From the NCBI GenBank assembly GCA_965277715.1, contig OZ255836.1:1824001-1888000 (forward strand): 64,000 bases of DNA, written 5' to 3'. This document shows positions 8,459-17,776 of the stretch, one piece after another. A program made the translations under genes and the position numbers. This DNA is from Gammaproteobacteria bacterium (GTDB taxonomy: Bacteria > Pseudomonadota > Gammaproteobacteria > JBCCGL01). The notes beneath the pieces were generated by a model, which was not told the origin of the DNA, did not search any database, and was given only the letters and a program-made list of their open reading frames with translations. Position 1 is the stretch's first letter, and the number at the start of each line of letters is the position of its first letter.

Positions 8459-10384
8459 CTACTTTTCAAAACGTTGTAGAAATAACCCCACCATTATGCC
8501 TTTGAGTAAGACAGTGCCCGCCTGGTTAGTCAGTAACGGATTGATGTCAGTCAGTGTATGTTTGAATACAGTTTCCATGTACGGTAGATCTAAATATTCC
8601 TGGGCCAGGTCTGATTGCTGTAATTGCTTTAGGCTGTCTCGTATTGCACTGCTGCTATGGCGTATTCGCATAATAATATCGGCGGCCTGTTTACCTTTCT
8701 GCTTATTCCATAAAAAACTATCGGGCATCAGGCCAGCCATGCCCCTTCGGATCAGCATTTTTTCCTGGCCACGCTGTGTGTATTGGTTCTCTGGAATACC
8801 AAAACAATACTCAATGATACGTTTGTCTGCGGTGGGGTCGCGAATCTCCACATCGTAGTGGGCGCCGAGTTCTGACCAAAAGGCGCCTGCGGCGTTGCCA
8901 GGGGCGAGCATGATGGATCGATACTCAGGATTGTGCTGCGATAGCAGCATCCGCTCTCCGTCAATCAACCGGTCTTTAATGCCTAAGGTAATCGCTACTT
9001 TTGGGTTTATTGCAGAGAACGCCATCCAGTTTTTATAGCCGCCGGTGATTAGTCGGTATTGCCGTGCCCAGGATAAGGGTAAAAGCGGGGAAATAACTTG
9101 GTTTTTCAATGTGGATATCCATGATTGTTTATTACATTTTTTCCATTTTATAACTTCCATTCGATAGGTTTCCCAGTTTCCCGTCTGGCGTAAACGTTTA
9201 AGCAGCTGCGCTCTGTTTCCGTTCCAGGACACAGTGGCATTGCCAAACTGTCCGGTCAATAGGGTGCCAATCCCCGCTTCTTTAAGCTTCTGTAAAATGG
9301 CAAGTATCCAGTACATATTGACCGCTGCATGCTCTGGCTCTTCTCGGATATGCAGTGTGGATGCCAGGCCAGCCAATGGAGTGGTTTCTGCCGCATCGAC
9401 ATAGTGAATATCCACTCCTTTCAGGTAGGGTTCCAACATGTGGATAAAAGCCTTTTCATCACCAAATTGGTGCGGATAAACACCGCCACGGGTGTCATAG
9501 AGCGGAATAGCGCTGTAGGCGGCTATTCTTTCGCTTGATTGTATGCCTTCATGGTTGGCCAGGGCTGTCACCGAGCTGGAGTCCAGGCCACCACTCAACG
9601 TGGTTGCCACGGGTTTTTTGCTGTGCAACCTGCACCTGACAGCCTCTGAGTAAATATCTCTAAATGCTTCTACATATTCTTCATCGGTATTAAAACGCAC
9701 ATCGGGTGCATCCATTGGGTTCCAGTACCTGCTTAGCTGGTGGCTTGTACGGGAAACGTTTAAACAATGGGCGGGCGGCAGGCGAGAAATATTTTGGTAG
9801 CATGTTTGGCCGTTATCGTCATCAACGTGGATCGTCACCAATAGGCGAGATAACATGTCCCTATTAGGGGCGATTGAAACAGCGGGTATTTTTAACAGTC
9901 CTTTTATCGATGATGAAAAACAGAAAAAATCGGCCCCCAGGTAATAGTAGAGACCTGTATTGCCAAAGTGATCGCGTGCAATAAACAGTGTTTGTTTATG
10001 TTTATCCCATACGGCGAATACCCAGTCACCCAAAAGGTACAATGGGCACCTGTCGCCCCATTTTAAATAAGCCTGAATCACTAAATAGCCATCAGTGACT
10101 GACACTCTATCCTGGGTTGGAATGGCCAGCTGCTGAAAAAGTGCGCTACGGTTATCCAGTCGAAAATGACCAATTAGCGTAAGCTGTTCAGTTTTATACG
10201 GGAGTCGTTCGTTGACTGATTCCGGTGTGTTATGGCGCAGACAGAAACCCATGCGCATATTGCCATCATGTGAAAAACCACTACCTTCTTTTCCCCAATA
10301 CGAGAGTGAGTGTTCTACCGCTTTCAACGGATCTGGAGAAGGATATTGACGCGCCCTTTGGAAATACCCAAATAGTGCTGACAT
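8459..10384 (-). CDS. Asparagine synthetase-like protein, probable lasso peptide cyclase (isopeptide-forming)
   Basis: The N terminus is MSALFG rather than MCG, so the Ntn glutaminase Cys is missing. RLDNR, ARDHFG, ATP-binding LSGGLDSS, LLTGQFG, RDPTADKR and C-terminal KG.QAAD; adjacent to a lasso precursor. Confidence 0.85.
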   Translation of the reverse strand: MSALFGYFQRARQYPSPDPLKAVEHSLSYWGKEGSGFSHDGNMRMGFCLRHNTPESVNERLPYKTEQLTLIGHFRLDNRSALFQQLAIPTQDRVSVTDGYLVIQAYLKWGDRCPLYLLGDWVFAVWDKHKQTLFIARDHFGNTGLYYYLGADFFCFSSSIKGLLKIPAVSIAPNRDMLSRLLVTIHVDDDNGQTCYQNISRLPPAHCLNVSRTSHQLSRYWNPMDAPDVRFNTDEEYVEAFRDIYSEAVRCRLHSKKPVATTLSGGLDSSSVTALANHEGIQSSERIAAYSAIPLYDTRGGVYPHQFGDEKAFIHMLEPYLKGVDIHYVDAAETTPLAGLASTLHIREEPEHAAVNMYWILAILQKLKEAGIGTLLTGQFGNATVSWNGNRAQLLKRLRQTGNWETYRMEVIKWKKCNKQSWISTLKNQVISPLLPLSWARQYRLITGGYKNWMAFSAINPKVAITLGIKDRLIDGERMLLSQHNPEYRSIMLAPGNAAGAFWSELGAHYDVEIRDPTADKRIIEYCFGIPENQYTQRGQEKMLIRRGMAGLMPDSFLWNKQKGKQAADIIMRIRHSSSAIRDSLKQLQQSDLAQEYLDLPYMETVFKHTLTDINPLLTNQAGTVLLKGIMVGLFLQRFEK

Positions 10385-10465
10385 CTACAAGACAAATAAT
10401 ACGTATAGCACCAAGCCTGCGCTCAACTTTAGTGCATCAGGCAAAGTACAAATCAGCTGAGTACC

Positions 10466-10495
10466 TTGCCCGTTCGTTGTTATTGAACGGGCCAA
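10466..10495 (-). terminator. Stem-loop between the precursor and cyclase genes
   Basis: GCCCGTTC-9 nt-GAACGGGC perfect 8-bp stem (10468-10492), about 15 nt downstream of the precursor stop. There is no strong U-tract on the transcribed strand, so it may stabilise or attenuate the mRNA rather than terminate it. Confidence 0.55.
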
Positions 10496-10508
10496 CAAAA
10501 TTGCGGAA

Positions 10509-10673
10509 TTAGCTGAGAAAACCACCATCCAGCCCACCTCCTGGCGTCGCTAAAGTGATTTGGTTTATATTGCCTAAATCCCTCAGTAAAGGGGAGTGGT
10601 ATTCTTTTTTTGTGGTTTTTTCAGCGCTGGAATCGGTTGAGGGGGTATTTTCATCAATATCTTGCTTCATCAT
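10509..10673 (-). CDS. Lasso peptide precursor, 54 aa: MMKQDIDENTPSTDSSAEKTTKKEYHSPLLRDLGNINQITL-ATPGGGLDGGFLS
   Basis: Hand-translated and absent from the ORF track. AAGAGG RBS; leader motif YxxPxL..LG.....T(-2); the core starts with Ala and has Asp at position 8. Confidence 0.85.
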   Translation of the reverse strand: MMKQDIDENTPSTDSSAEKTTKKEYHSPLLRDLGNINQITLATPGGGLDGGFLS

Positions 10674-10952
10674 AGTGCCTCTTACATAGGGGGTTTAGTC
10701 GTTTAGTAATCTTTCAATGTAAGTAAATAAACAAAGCTTATTATCTACACACAGAGTGGTTGCAATTAAGGATAGTATATTCTTTGAAAATAGTGCTCTA
10801 GCTCTAGCTTTATTGGGTACTTTTAGTGCCAATATGGAAGCTGCTGAAGCATACCAGAAGCAGTGTCGTTTTAAATATTTTTTGCTCGCTTTGGCAATGT
10901 GCCGCATTAATCGGTTCTAAGTTCTGCGTCCGGTTGAGTGAGTGTGGTTCCA

Positions 10953-13900
10953 TCATTCATTTAGCCAAGCCGAAGGTTTGCGCCACACCCGGACCATAAA
11001 AATGAGCAGTAAACCTAGCAACAGGTTGTCGATCACGGTGTAACTGCCACCACCACCCGCTTGGGTGACGGCAGGTTGGTTGGCTGCAATGGTTACGCTG
11101 GCGCCGGTAATGGTGGTGGTACTGGCACCATCATTAACCAGCGCACTCAGGGTCAGCGTGCCGGTCGTTGTACCTGCCGTTACCTGGGCGGTGTAGCGGC
11201 CATTACCGTTATCGGTTGTGGCTGTTATTGTGGTGTCTGCCACGCCGGTACCACTAATGGTTACTGTGGCGCCCAGCACCGGGTTGCTGCCGGCATCCAC
11301 CAGGTTCAAGGTTACTTGCGTGCTGCTGCTGCCGTCGGCGGGCAGTGATGTGATGCTGGAGGATAGCGTGCTTAAAGCCACATTGAGTACCCGGCTGGTA
11401 ACGCCACCTGGGTCGGTAATAACATTATTCGCCTCACCATCGGCATCGTTGGGGCCGCCATCGGTGATCGTTAGGCGTATGCAGCTATCGCCCTGCGTGA
11501 GCGCTGTCCGCCAACGGGTATCGGCCTGCCCAGGGCACAGGCCATTGGCCAGGCGCGCTGCAGATACCACGGTGTCTGTCATGCCGTTGGCATTGACGGT
11601 ACTTTGGTCAAAATCGACCCAATTGACCCGCGCTGGAAAGTTTGGCAGGCGGGTAGCCAGGTATTTGCGGTAAATGGGGTTAACCGGGATAGCGTTTGAC
11701 AGCGGAATGACGACATTGACCTGCTGACCCGTAGTGGGTAGGTTCAGGACTTCAAAATCGACGATGGCGGTTGGGTGCGATAGGCTGTCGGCGGGTAGTA
11801 TCACTGTGCCGCTGCTATCCACTGAGCCTTCGGTGACTGTTGCGTCAAAACGATTTGCCAGGCCGACAATTGCCGAGGCGGCAATTGTGCCCAGGCGCAG
11901 TGTAAGGCCGGGTTCGGTGGTGATAATTTCGCTGGTGTTAACTGCGTTGACGACGGGCAGAAAGCGGGCGTTGTTATTCTGTACATCAATAAAGCCGGGA
12001 ATCCGGTCACCATCCGGGTCCGCCAGGCCAGCCATGATATCCGGTATGCCATCATTATTGCTATCGGCAGTGGGGTTGTTTGAAAATAAGCTACTAGGCT
12101 CGACTATCAGCGCGCTACGACCACTGGCGCTATTGGTGCCATCGCTGACCTGTACCCGCAATTCGTAGAGACCGGCGGTAGGTACCGCGAGGGTGAAACT
12201 ATCGGTAGTGCCTGGTGGCACGGTGACGGCAGTGGTCGCGCTCCAGTCATAGCTTATGGTGTCTCCACTATTGCCATCGGTTACCACGGCAGTCAATGTC
12301 AGTATGCTGCTACCGGCAATAACATTGGAGACGGTCTGGCCATTCTGACTAATGCGAATAGTAACGGTGGGGGCGATATTGCCGGAGACTACCTGGATCG
12401 TCTGGGATACCTCGCCGCTGGCGATGACCCGGTCGGTTGTAGGGTTGATCGCGCTTATATTTTGCGCAAAGGGGGCCGCACCCGTATTCAGGCTAACTGA
12501 CAAGCTGCCGGGGTTGGCACCGGCGGTAAAAGAGGTGGTGCCGCTAATCGACCCGGCTGCCAGTGTGATGGTGCCGTTGCTGGTGGCGCTGCCGCTGGTA
12601 TCGGTACTGACCGTAAACGGTACGGTGATAGCGGTGCCGGTGTCGACGGGGTTACCGTTGAGCTGAGCGTTGATGTCGATGGTAGAACCTGTGCCAACTG
12701 TCGGGTTGGTGGCGGAAACAGATACCAGCGGCACGATATTGACTGTTTGTTGTGCAGCACCACCAGCGGGCCAGTTTCCGGTACTGTCGAGGGCCAGCCA
12801 CCAGAGGTCATTGGCGCCGGGGTAGAGCAATAGATCACCACTGCTGTTAACGAGGACTGATGTGCAAACGCTGGCAAAATTGGCGGGTAGAATGCTGCCC
12901 GTGCAGGCACCGCGGCGGTAGTAGGCAGTGCGCGAGGTGTTGTTGCTTGCGGTGACGCCGTGCGGGGCGGCAGTGACAATCGCGACTGAGGCCAGTGTCA
13001 GTGGTGTGGTGAGTGTGATAACGGGGCGGGTACTGCCAATAAAATCGACGGACCCCAGGTCTAACGGGTCGACGCCCAGTCGTACATCCACTACATCAGG
13101 TATGCCATTGGCATTGGCGTCGGTGCTGTTGTTGACACTGTTAGTGGTGCCGCTGAGGTAGCGTTCGACAGCATCTGTGATGCCGTCATTGTCTGTGTCT
13201 GTGGTGGTTGCAGTAGACGCTGTATCCAGGTTGTCAGACAGGCCATCGCCGTCGGTGTCTTCGCCCGCGTTGCCCAGTACCACCTCGATATTGGTGGTGA
13301 TCGAGGCCTGGTTGCCGTTACCAGTGGTATCTTCGGCCAGATTGGCGGCGATACCGATACTGGCTGTACCGGCGCTACCCACAGTAATGTTCACGGTATA
13401 ACTGTTATTGCTACCGGAAAAATTATTCAGCGTGGCATTACTGACACTAATATCGCTTGCATCAAACCCAACGACACCTTCACTGAAGGTAATCGTGGCC
13501 ATCACTGTACCAGACGCGATAATACGTGCGCTGTTGGTGGCGATTGATACGCTGGGACGGGTAATGTCGTAGTTGATGCTGCGTTGAGTGGCCGCTGTGT
13601 TGCCATTACCGGCAACATCCTGAGCGACAGCGGCGGCGACATCGAGTGTAACCGTGCCCTCGGTCGTGGGGGTAATGTCTGCTGTGTAGGTCGTGTTACT
13701 GCCCGCAAAGTTAGCGACTGTGGCGTTGCCCGCATTGATGTCACTCAGCGCAAACCCGGTGACGTTTTCGGTAAAGGTAAACGTGGCGGTAAATGTGGTA
13801 TTGACGTCACTACTGGGGGTGGTAATGGTCACGCCGGGATTGGTAATGTCGTAGTTCATGCTGCGTTGAGTGGCCGCTGTGTTGCCATTACCGGCAACAT

Positions 13901-16900
13901 CTTGAGCGACGGCGGCGGCGACATCGAGTGTAACCGTGCCCTCGGTTGTGGGGGTAATGTCTGCTGTGTAGGTCGTGTTACTGCCCGCAAAGTTAGCGAC
14001 TGTGGCGTTGCCCGCATTGATGTCACTCAGCGCAAACCCGGTGACGTTTTCGGTAAAGGTAAACGTGGCGGTAAATGTGGTATTGACGTCACTACTGGGG
14101 GTGGTAATGGTCACGCCGGGATTGGTAATGTCGTAGTTCATGCTGCGTTGGGTGGCCGCTGTGTTGCCATTACCGGCAACATCTTGAGCGACGGCGGCGG
14201 CGACATCGAGTGTAACCGTGCCCTCGGTCGTGGGGGTAATGTCTGCTGTGTAGGTCGTGTTACTGCCCGCAAAGTTAGTGACTGTGGCGTTGCCCGCATT
14301 GATGTCACTCAGCGCAAACCCGGTGACGTTTTCGGTAAAGGTAAACGTGGCGGTAAACGCGGTATTGACGTTGCTGCTGGGGGTTGTGATGGTAACGCCA
14401 GGGGCGGTGTTATCGACCGAGAAGGCTGTGCCAGTGGCCGTGCCAGCAGAAATATTGCTGCTGCTGCGCGCCGTATTGGCGGCTATCCCGATGCCTAGCG
14501 TACCGTTACCGGAGATGCCACTGATAGTCACCGTGGGTGTGGCAGTGGTGCCATTTTGTACCGACACAGTACCGCTGGCGCCGCCGGTTGTCACCAGGTT
14601 GATAGCCGATACCTGCAAATTGACATCTAATGCATTGGTATAGGTCAACTGGTACGTCACTGGCCCGCCATTGGTTAGCGAGGCACTTGGATTGCCGACA
14701 CTAATGGTGGGAGTTTGTAAGGGGTTTGATACGACCAGATTATCACTGGCGGCGGGGCCTGTGATAGCTAGGCTGTTGATGGTGCCAGTGATACCGCTGG
14801 TGGTATTGGTTGCGGTAACGCCTGCGCTGTTAGCAGGTACTGTCAGGGTGGCGTTAAACGTACAGGAAGCACTGGCAGCCAGGCTGCCACCAGTAAATGT
14901 TAGGGTGTCCGTACCACTGAGTGAGGAACCTGTACCACAGATATTATTTATTGGCAGGCCACTAGCGACCAGCCCGGTTATCGCTGCGCCCAGATTGTTG
15001 GTGAAGGCGATATTGCTGGCAGCGCTACTGGTATTCAGGTTGCTCAGGGTAAATGCCAGTGTGACTGGGGTGCCTGCTGTCACAGGGTCATCGGTAAAGG
15101 TGGCGCTGAGTGATAACAGTGCTGAATTGACGGTCAGTTGTGCCGTGGCGGGAGGGAGTGACAGGTTGCTACTGCCTACCATGGCAGATAGATTGCCGGT
15201 GGTACTGGCATAGGTGGTAGAGGCCGCTCCCGCCGGTACTCGCACAGTCACATCAAAGCTGCAGGTTTCCCCAGCTAACAAATTACCACCGCTAAATATC
15301 AGGGGAGTTGTTCCAACAATAAGAGAGCCACTACCACAGGGGGTGGTGGGTAACGGTGCAACGACTGTGAGGCCACTGACCACTGTGTTAAGGCTATGGC
15401 TAAATACCATCCCGGTAGCGGCCAGTGTCGACTGGCTATTGTTGATAGTATAGCGCAGGGTTGTGGTATCACCGGGTATCACCGGGCTGTTGAGAAATGT
15501 TTTGCTGAATACCAGTGCGGCGATATCCAGAGTATCCTGTGCAGGGTTGCCACTGACGGCAATGCCGCTGGCTGTTGCGGTAATATTGCTGGTGGTATTG
15601 GTGAAGCTGCCACTGACAGCGGCAGCAGGCACGTTAAGTGTGATGGAAAAAGTACAGCTTGCGCCAGGCGCGAGAGATCCCGCTGTAAAGTTCAGTGTAG
15701 TGGTGCCACTAATTGAAGAGCCTGTACCACAAATATTGTTCATTGGCAGGCCGCTGGCCTCCAGGCCTGCGAGTGTCGTCGATAAGTTGTTGCTAAAGGT
15801 AATTGCGGTGGCACTGGTAGGTGCCTGAGCGCTGTGGCTGATAGTGTACTGGAGGGTCGCGGTGGCGCCGGGCAATACGGGATCGTTGATGAACAACCCG
15901 GTGAGTGTTGGCGCGCCCACTACGGTTAAAGCGGCGCTGGTAGTGCCGCCGGTTTGGCTATTGCCAGTAACGGTTGCGGTCAGCGTTTCGGTCGTTAGAG
16001 TAAACGTACCGGCAGCGGCGCCCAGTGGTACAGTCAGGCCGACATTAAAGGTACAGTTTGTACCCGCAGCCAACTCACCGTTGGCAATTCCTAGAGTAAT
16101 ATTGCCGTTGACGGTCGTAGTAGTGGCGTTGGAACTGCTGCCACAAAATCCAATGGTGGGTAAGGCGCTGGCTGTAACGCCGTTTATAAAGCTATCAAGG
16201 TTGGTGGTAAAGGCAATATTGCTGGTAGTACTCGTGCTGTTGCTGCTTATCGTAAACTCCAACATCGTTGTGCCACCACCACTCACCGGGCTGTTCAGAA
16301 AGCGGGCACTGATACTCGGTGCGCTACTGACGGTCAGCGAATCGCGGGATGGGCTACCCACAAAAGAGCTGCCGCCAATACTCGCGCTCAGTGCGCTGGT
16401 GGTATTAACATGGTTGCCAGTGGCGGCGCCAGCGGGCACTTGCAACGTGACATTGAAGGTACAGCTACCACCATTGGCGGCCAGGCTGCCATTTGACAGG
16501 GTGAGTGTACTGCTGCCAGACAGGGTCGAACCCGATCCGCAGATATCACCCGCTGGTAACCCGGTGGCCACCAACCCTGAGAGAACGGTGCTTAGATTGT
16601 CGGTAAAGGTGATACTGGTGGCGTTGGCATTTCTGTCGTTATTTGTCAGTGTGAATGACAGTACAACGGTGCCCCCGGCAGGTGTTGGGTCATTGGTAAA
16701 GTCCTGGGTAAAAACAATTGTTTCGGTGTTGACTGTCAATATTGCGCCTGCCATGCCGCTGGAAACGGGAGCAAAACCGCTTGCACTGCTGGCAGCATTC
16801 AATGCACCGCTCACGTTATTCAGTGTACCTGTCGATGTTGCGCGCACATCGACACTCACTGTGCAGGTGGCGCCCGCATTCACTGCACCGCCTGTAAAAC

Positions 16901-17591
16901 TAATTGAGTTTGAACCGGGCAACGCAGTAACCCCACCCGGGCTGCAGCTAGTCGATGCATTGGAGGGGCTGGCGATCTCCATACCCGCTGGTAATGTGTC
17001 ACTAAATGAGGCAGAAAAAACCTGCACCGTATTGGCACTGTTGTCGATGGTAAAGGTCAGTGTGCTACGGGCGCCCAGTGTCACCGTGGCGGGTGAAAAG
17101 TGTTTACTGAAGCCTGGTCTTGCGGCATTCACAATAAGATTATCCGTGGCGGTACCACTGTTACCTGCGCTGGAGGTGAGGTTTCCGGTGGTATTGGTGT
17201 GGGTGCCTGCTACGGCACTGGTCACATTGACACTGATAGTACAGGTATTATTGGCCGCGAGGCGGCCATTGCTCAGGGTGATGGTGCTACCACCGTTCGG
17301 CGCGCTGATCGTTGTGTCGAGGCAGGTGGTTGCGACGGCGGCAGGGGTGGCAATGGTAACACCTGCTGGCAATGTATCGGTAAACGCCAGACTGGTGGCG
17401 GCATTGGAGGAGGCGCTGTTATTGATGGTAAAGATCAGCGGAGTCAAACCGCCAGGGCCAATCGTATCTGGCGAGAAGGTTTTGCTGAAAACCGGCGCAA
17501 TGGCGCTGGCGGTGGATGAGAAACACACTACAATCGCGGCCAGTAGCAACGTTTGCAAATGTTTATTGGTTCGTTTAGATAAAAAGTTCAT
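10953..17591 (-). CDS. Giant secreted adhesin-like surface protein: DUF11-like Cys-containing beta repeats, Ig-like repeats, TSP3-like Ca-binding motifs, choice-of-anchor-U-like domain, invasin-like Big domain, GlyGly-CTERM
   Basis: Signal peptide from MNFLSK...STASA. About 7 repeats of FSK.F.P..LTFTI.N...C...C; DxDGDG.xD motifs; LTITDGGPNDADG..N..I.DPGG; C-terminal GGGGS + hydrophobic helix + RVWRK. Confidence 0.85.
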   Translation of the reverse strand: MNFLSKRTNKHLQTLLLAAIVVCFSSTASAIAPVFSKTFSPDTIGPGGLTPLIFTINNSASSNAATSLAFTDTLPAGVTIATPAAVATTCLDTTISAPNGGSTITLSNGRLAANNTCTISVNVTSAVAGTHTNTTGNLTSSAGNSGTATDNLIVNAARPGFSKHFSPATVTLGARSTLTFTIDNSANTVQVFSASFSDTLPAGMEIASPSNASTSCSPGGVTALPGSNSISFTGGAVNAGATCTVSVDVRATSTGTLNNVSGALNAASSASGFAPVSSGMAGAILTVNTETIVFTQDFTNDPTPAGGTVVLSFTLTNNDRNANATSITFTDNLSTVLSGLVATGLPAGDICGSGSTLSGSSTLTLSNGSLAANGGSCTFNVTLQVPAGAATGNHVNTTSALSASIGGSSFVGSPSRDSLTVSSAPSISARFLNSPVSGGGTTMLEFTISSNSTSTTSNIAFTTNLDSFINGVTASALPTIGFCGSSSNATTTTVNGNITLGIANGELAAGTNCTFNVGLTVPLGAAAGTFTLTTETLTATVTGNSQTGGTTSAALTVVGAPTLTGLFINDPVLPGATATLQYTISHSAQAPTSATAITFSNNLSTTLAGLEASGLPMNNICGTGSSISGTTTLNFTAGSLAPGASCTFSITLNVPAAAVSGSFTNTTSNITATASGIAVSGNPAQDTLDIAALVFSKTFLNSPVIPGDTTTLRYTINNSQSTLAATGMVFSHSLNTVVSGLTVVAPLPTTPCGSGSLIVGTTPLIFSGGNLLAGETCSFDVTVRVPAGAASTTYASTTGNLSAMVGSSNLSLPPATAQLTVNSALLSLSATFTDDPVTAGTPVTLAFTLSNLNTSSAASNIAFTNNLGAAITGLVASGLPINNICGTGSSLSGTDTLTFTGGSLAASASCTFNATLTVPANSAGVTATNTTSGITGTINSLAITGPAASDNLVVSNPLQTPTISVGNPSASLTNGGPVTYQLTYTNALDVNLQVSAINLVTTGGASGTVSVQNGTTATPTVTISGISGNGTLGIGIAANTARSSSNISAGTATGTAFSVDNTAPGVTITTPSSNVNTAFTATFTFTENVTGFALSDINAGNATVTNFAGSNTTYTADITPTTEGTVTLDVAAAVAQDVAGNGNTAATQRSMNYDITNPGVTITTPSSDVNTTFTATFTFTENVTGFALSDINAGNATVANFAGSNTTYTADITPTTEGTVTLDVAAAVAQDVAGNGNTAATQRSMNYDITNPGVTITTPSSDVNTTFTATFTFTENVTGFALSDINAGNATVANFAGSNTTYTADITPTTEGTVTLDVAAAVAQDVAGNGNTAATQRSINYDITRPSVSIATNSARIIASGTVMATITFSEGVVGFDASDISVSNATLNNFSGSNNSYTVNITVGSAGTASIGIAANLAEDTTGNGNQASITTNIEVVLGNAGEDTDGDGLSDNLDTASTATTTDTDNDGITDAVERYLSGTTNSVNNSTDANANGIPDVVDVRLGVDPLDLGSVDFIGSTRPVITLTTPLTLASVAIVTAAPHGVTASNNTSRTAYYRRGACTGSILPANFASVCTSVLVNSSGDLLLYPGANDLWWLALDSTGNWPAGGAAQQTVNIVPLVSVSATNPTVGTGSTIDINAQLNGNPVDTGTAITVPFTVSTDTSGSATSNGTITLAAGSISGTTSFTAGANPGSLSVSLNTGAAPFAQNISAINPTTDRVIASGEVSQTIQVVSGNIAPTVTIRISQNGQTVSNVIAGSSILTLTAVVTDGNSGDTISYDWSATTAVTVPPGTTDSFTLAVPTAGLYELRVQVSDGTNSASGRSALIVEPSSLFSNNPTADSNNDGIPDIMAGLADPDGDRIPGFIDVQNNNARFLPVVNAVNTSEIITTEPGLTLRLGTIAASAIVGLANRFDATVTEGSVDSSGTVILPADSLSHPTAIVDFEVLNLPTTGQQVNVVIPLSNAIPVNPIYRKYLATRLPNFPARVNWVDFDQSTVNANGMTDTVVSAARLANGLCPGQADTRWRTALTQGDSCIRLTITDGGPNDADGEANNVITDPGGVTSRVLNVALSTLSSSITSLPADGSSSTQVTLNLVDAGSNPVLGATVTISGTGVADTTITATTDNGNGRYTAQVTAGTTTGTLTLSALVNDGASTTTITGASVTIAANQPAVTQAGGGGSYTVIDNLLLGLLLIFMVRVWRKPSAWLNE
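13561..14406. repeat. Three near-identical tandem 282-bp (94-aa) Ig-like repeats inside the giant protein
   Basis: The same motif recurs at 13561, 13843 and 14125 (period 282), with only a few substitutions between copies. Confidence 0.95.
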
Positions 17592-17776
17592 TGTGTTTTC
17601 TCTACCAGTACCGTTATTGGCCTGATTTACCGGGTTTCCTTTGCTCGCAATAGCGGGGGAATCCCTGTGGTTCATCAAAATCATAGTATAAAATTCCACA
17701 ATTGCAGTGGGTATTCGCTATATTTGTGACGGAAATGCAGTGATAATAGTCACTTAACAGAACACCCAGTCCACAT

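Noticed and set aside
8459-10384. Ordinary glutamine-hydrolysing AsnB
   Set aside because: It lacks the N-terminal nucleophile Cys and sits beside a lasso-type precursor.
10225-10907. ORFs 10225..10512 (+) and 10695..10907 (-) as possible lasso B1/B2 genes
   Set aside because: No RRE/PqqD-like or transglutaminase (Cys-His-Asp) features. One is antisense to the cyclase, and the other lies in the AT-rich probable promoter region.
13561-14406. Possible CRISPR array
   Set aside because: The repeats are 282-bp in-frame coding units with no unique spacers, and there are no cas genes. No CRISPR array was seen in the window.
15844-17625. 593-aa plus-strand ORF (also 13584..14498 and other long ORFs opposite the giant protein)
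   Set aside because: Antisense shadows of a Thr/Ser/Ala/Gly-rich repetitive gene; no motifs of their own.
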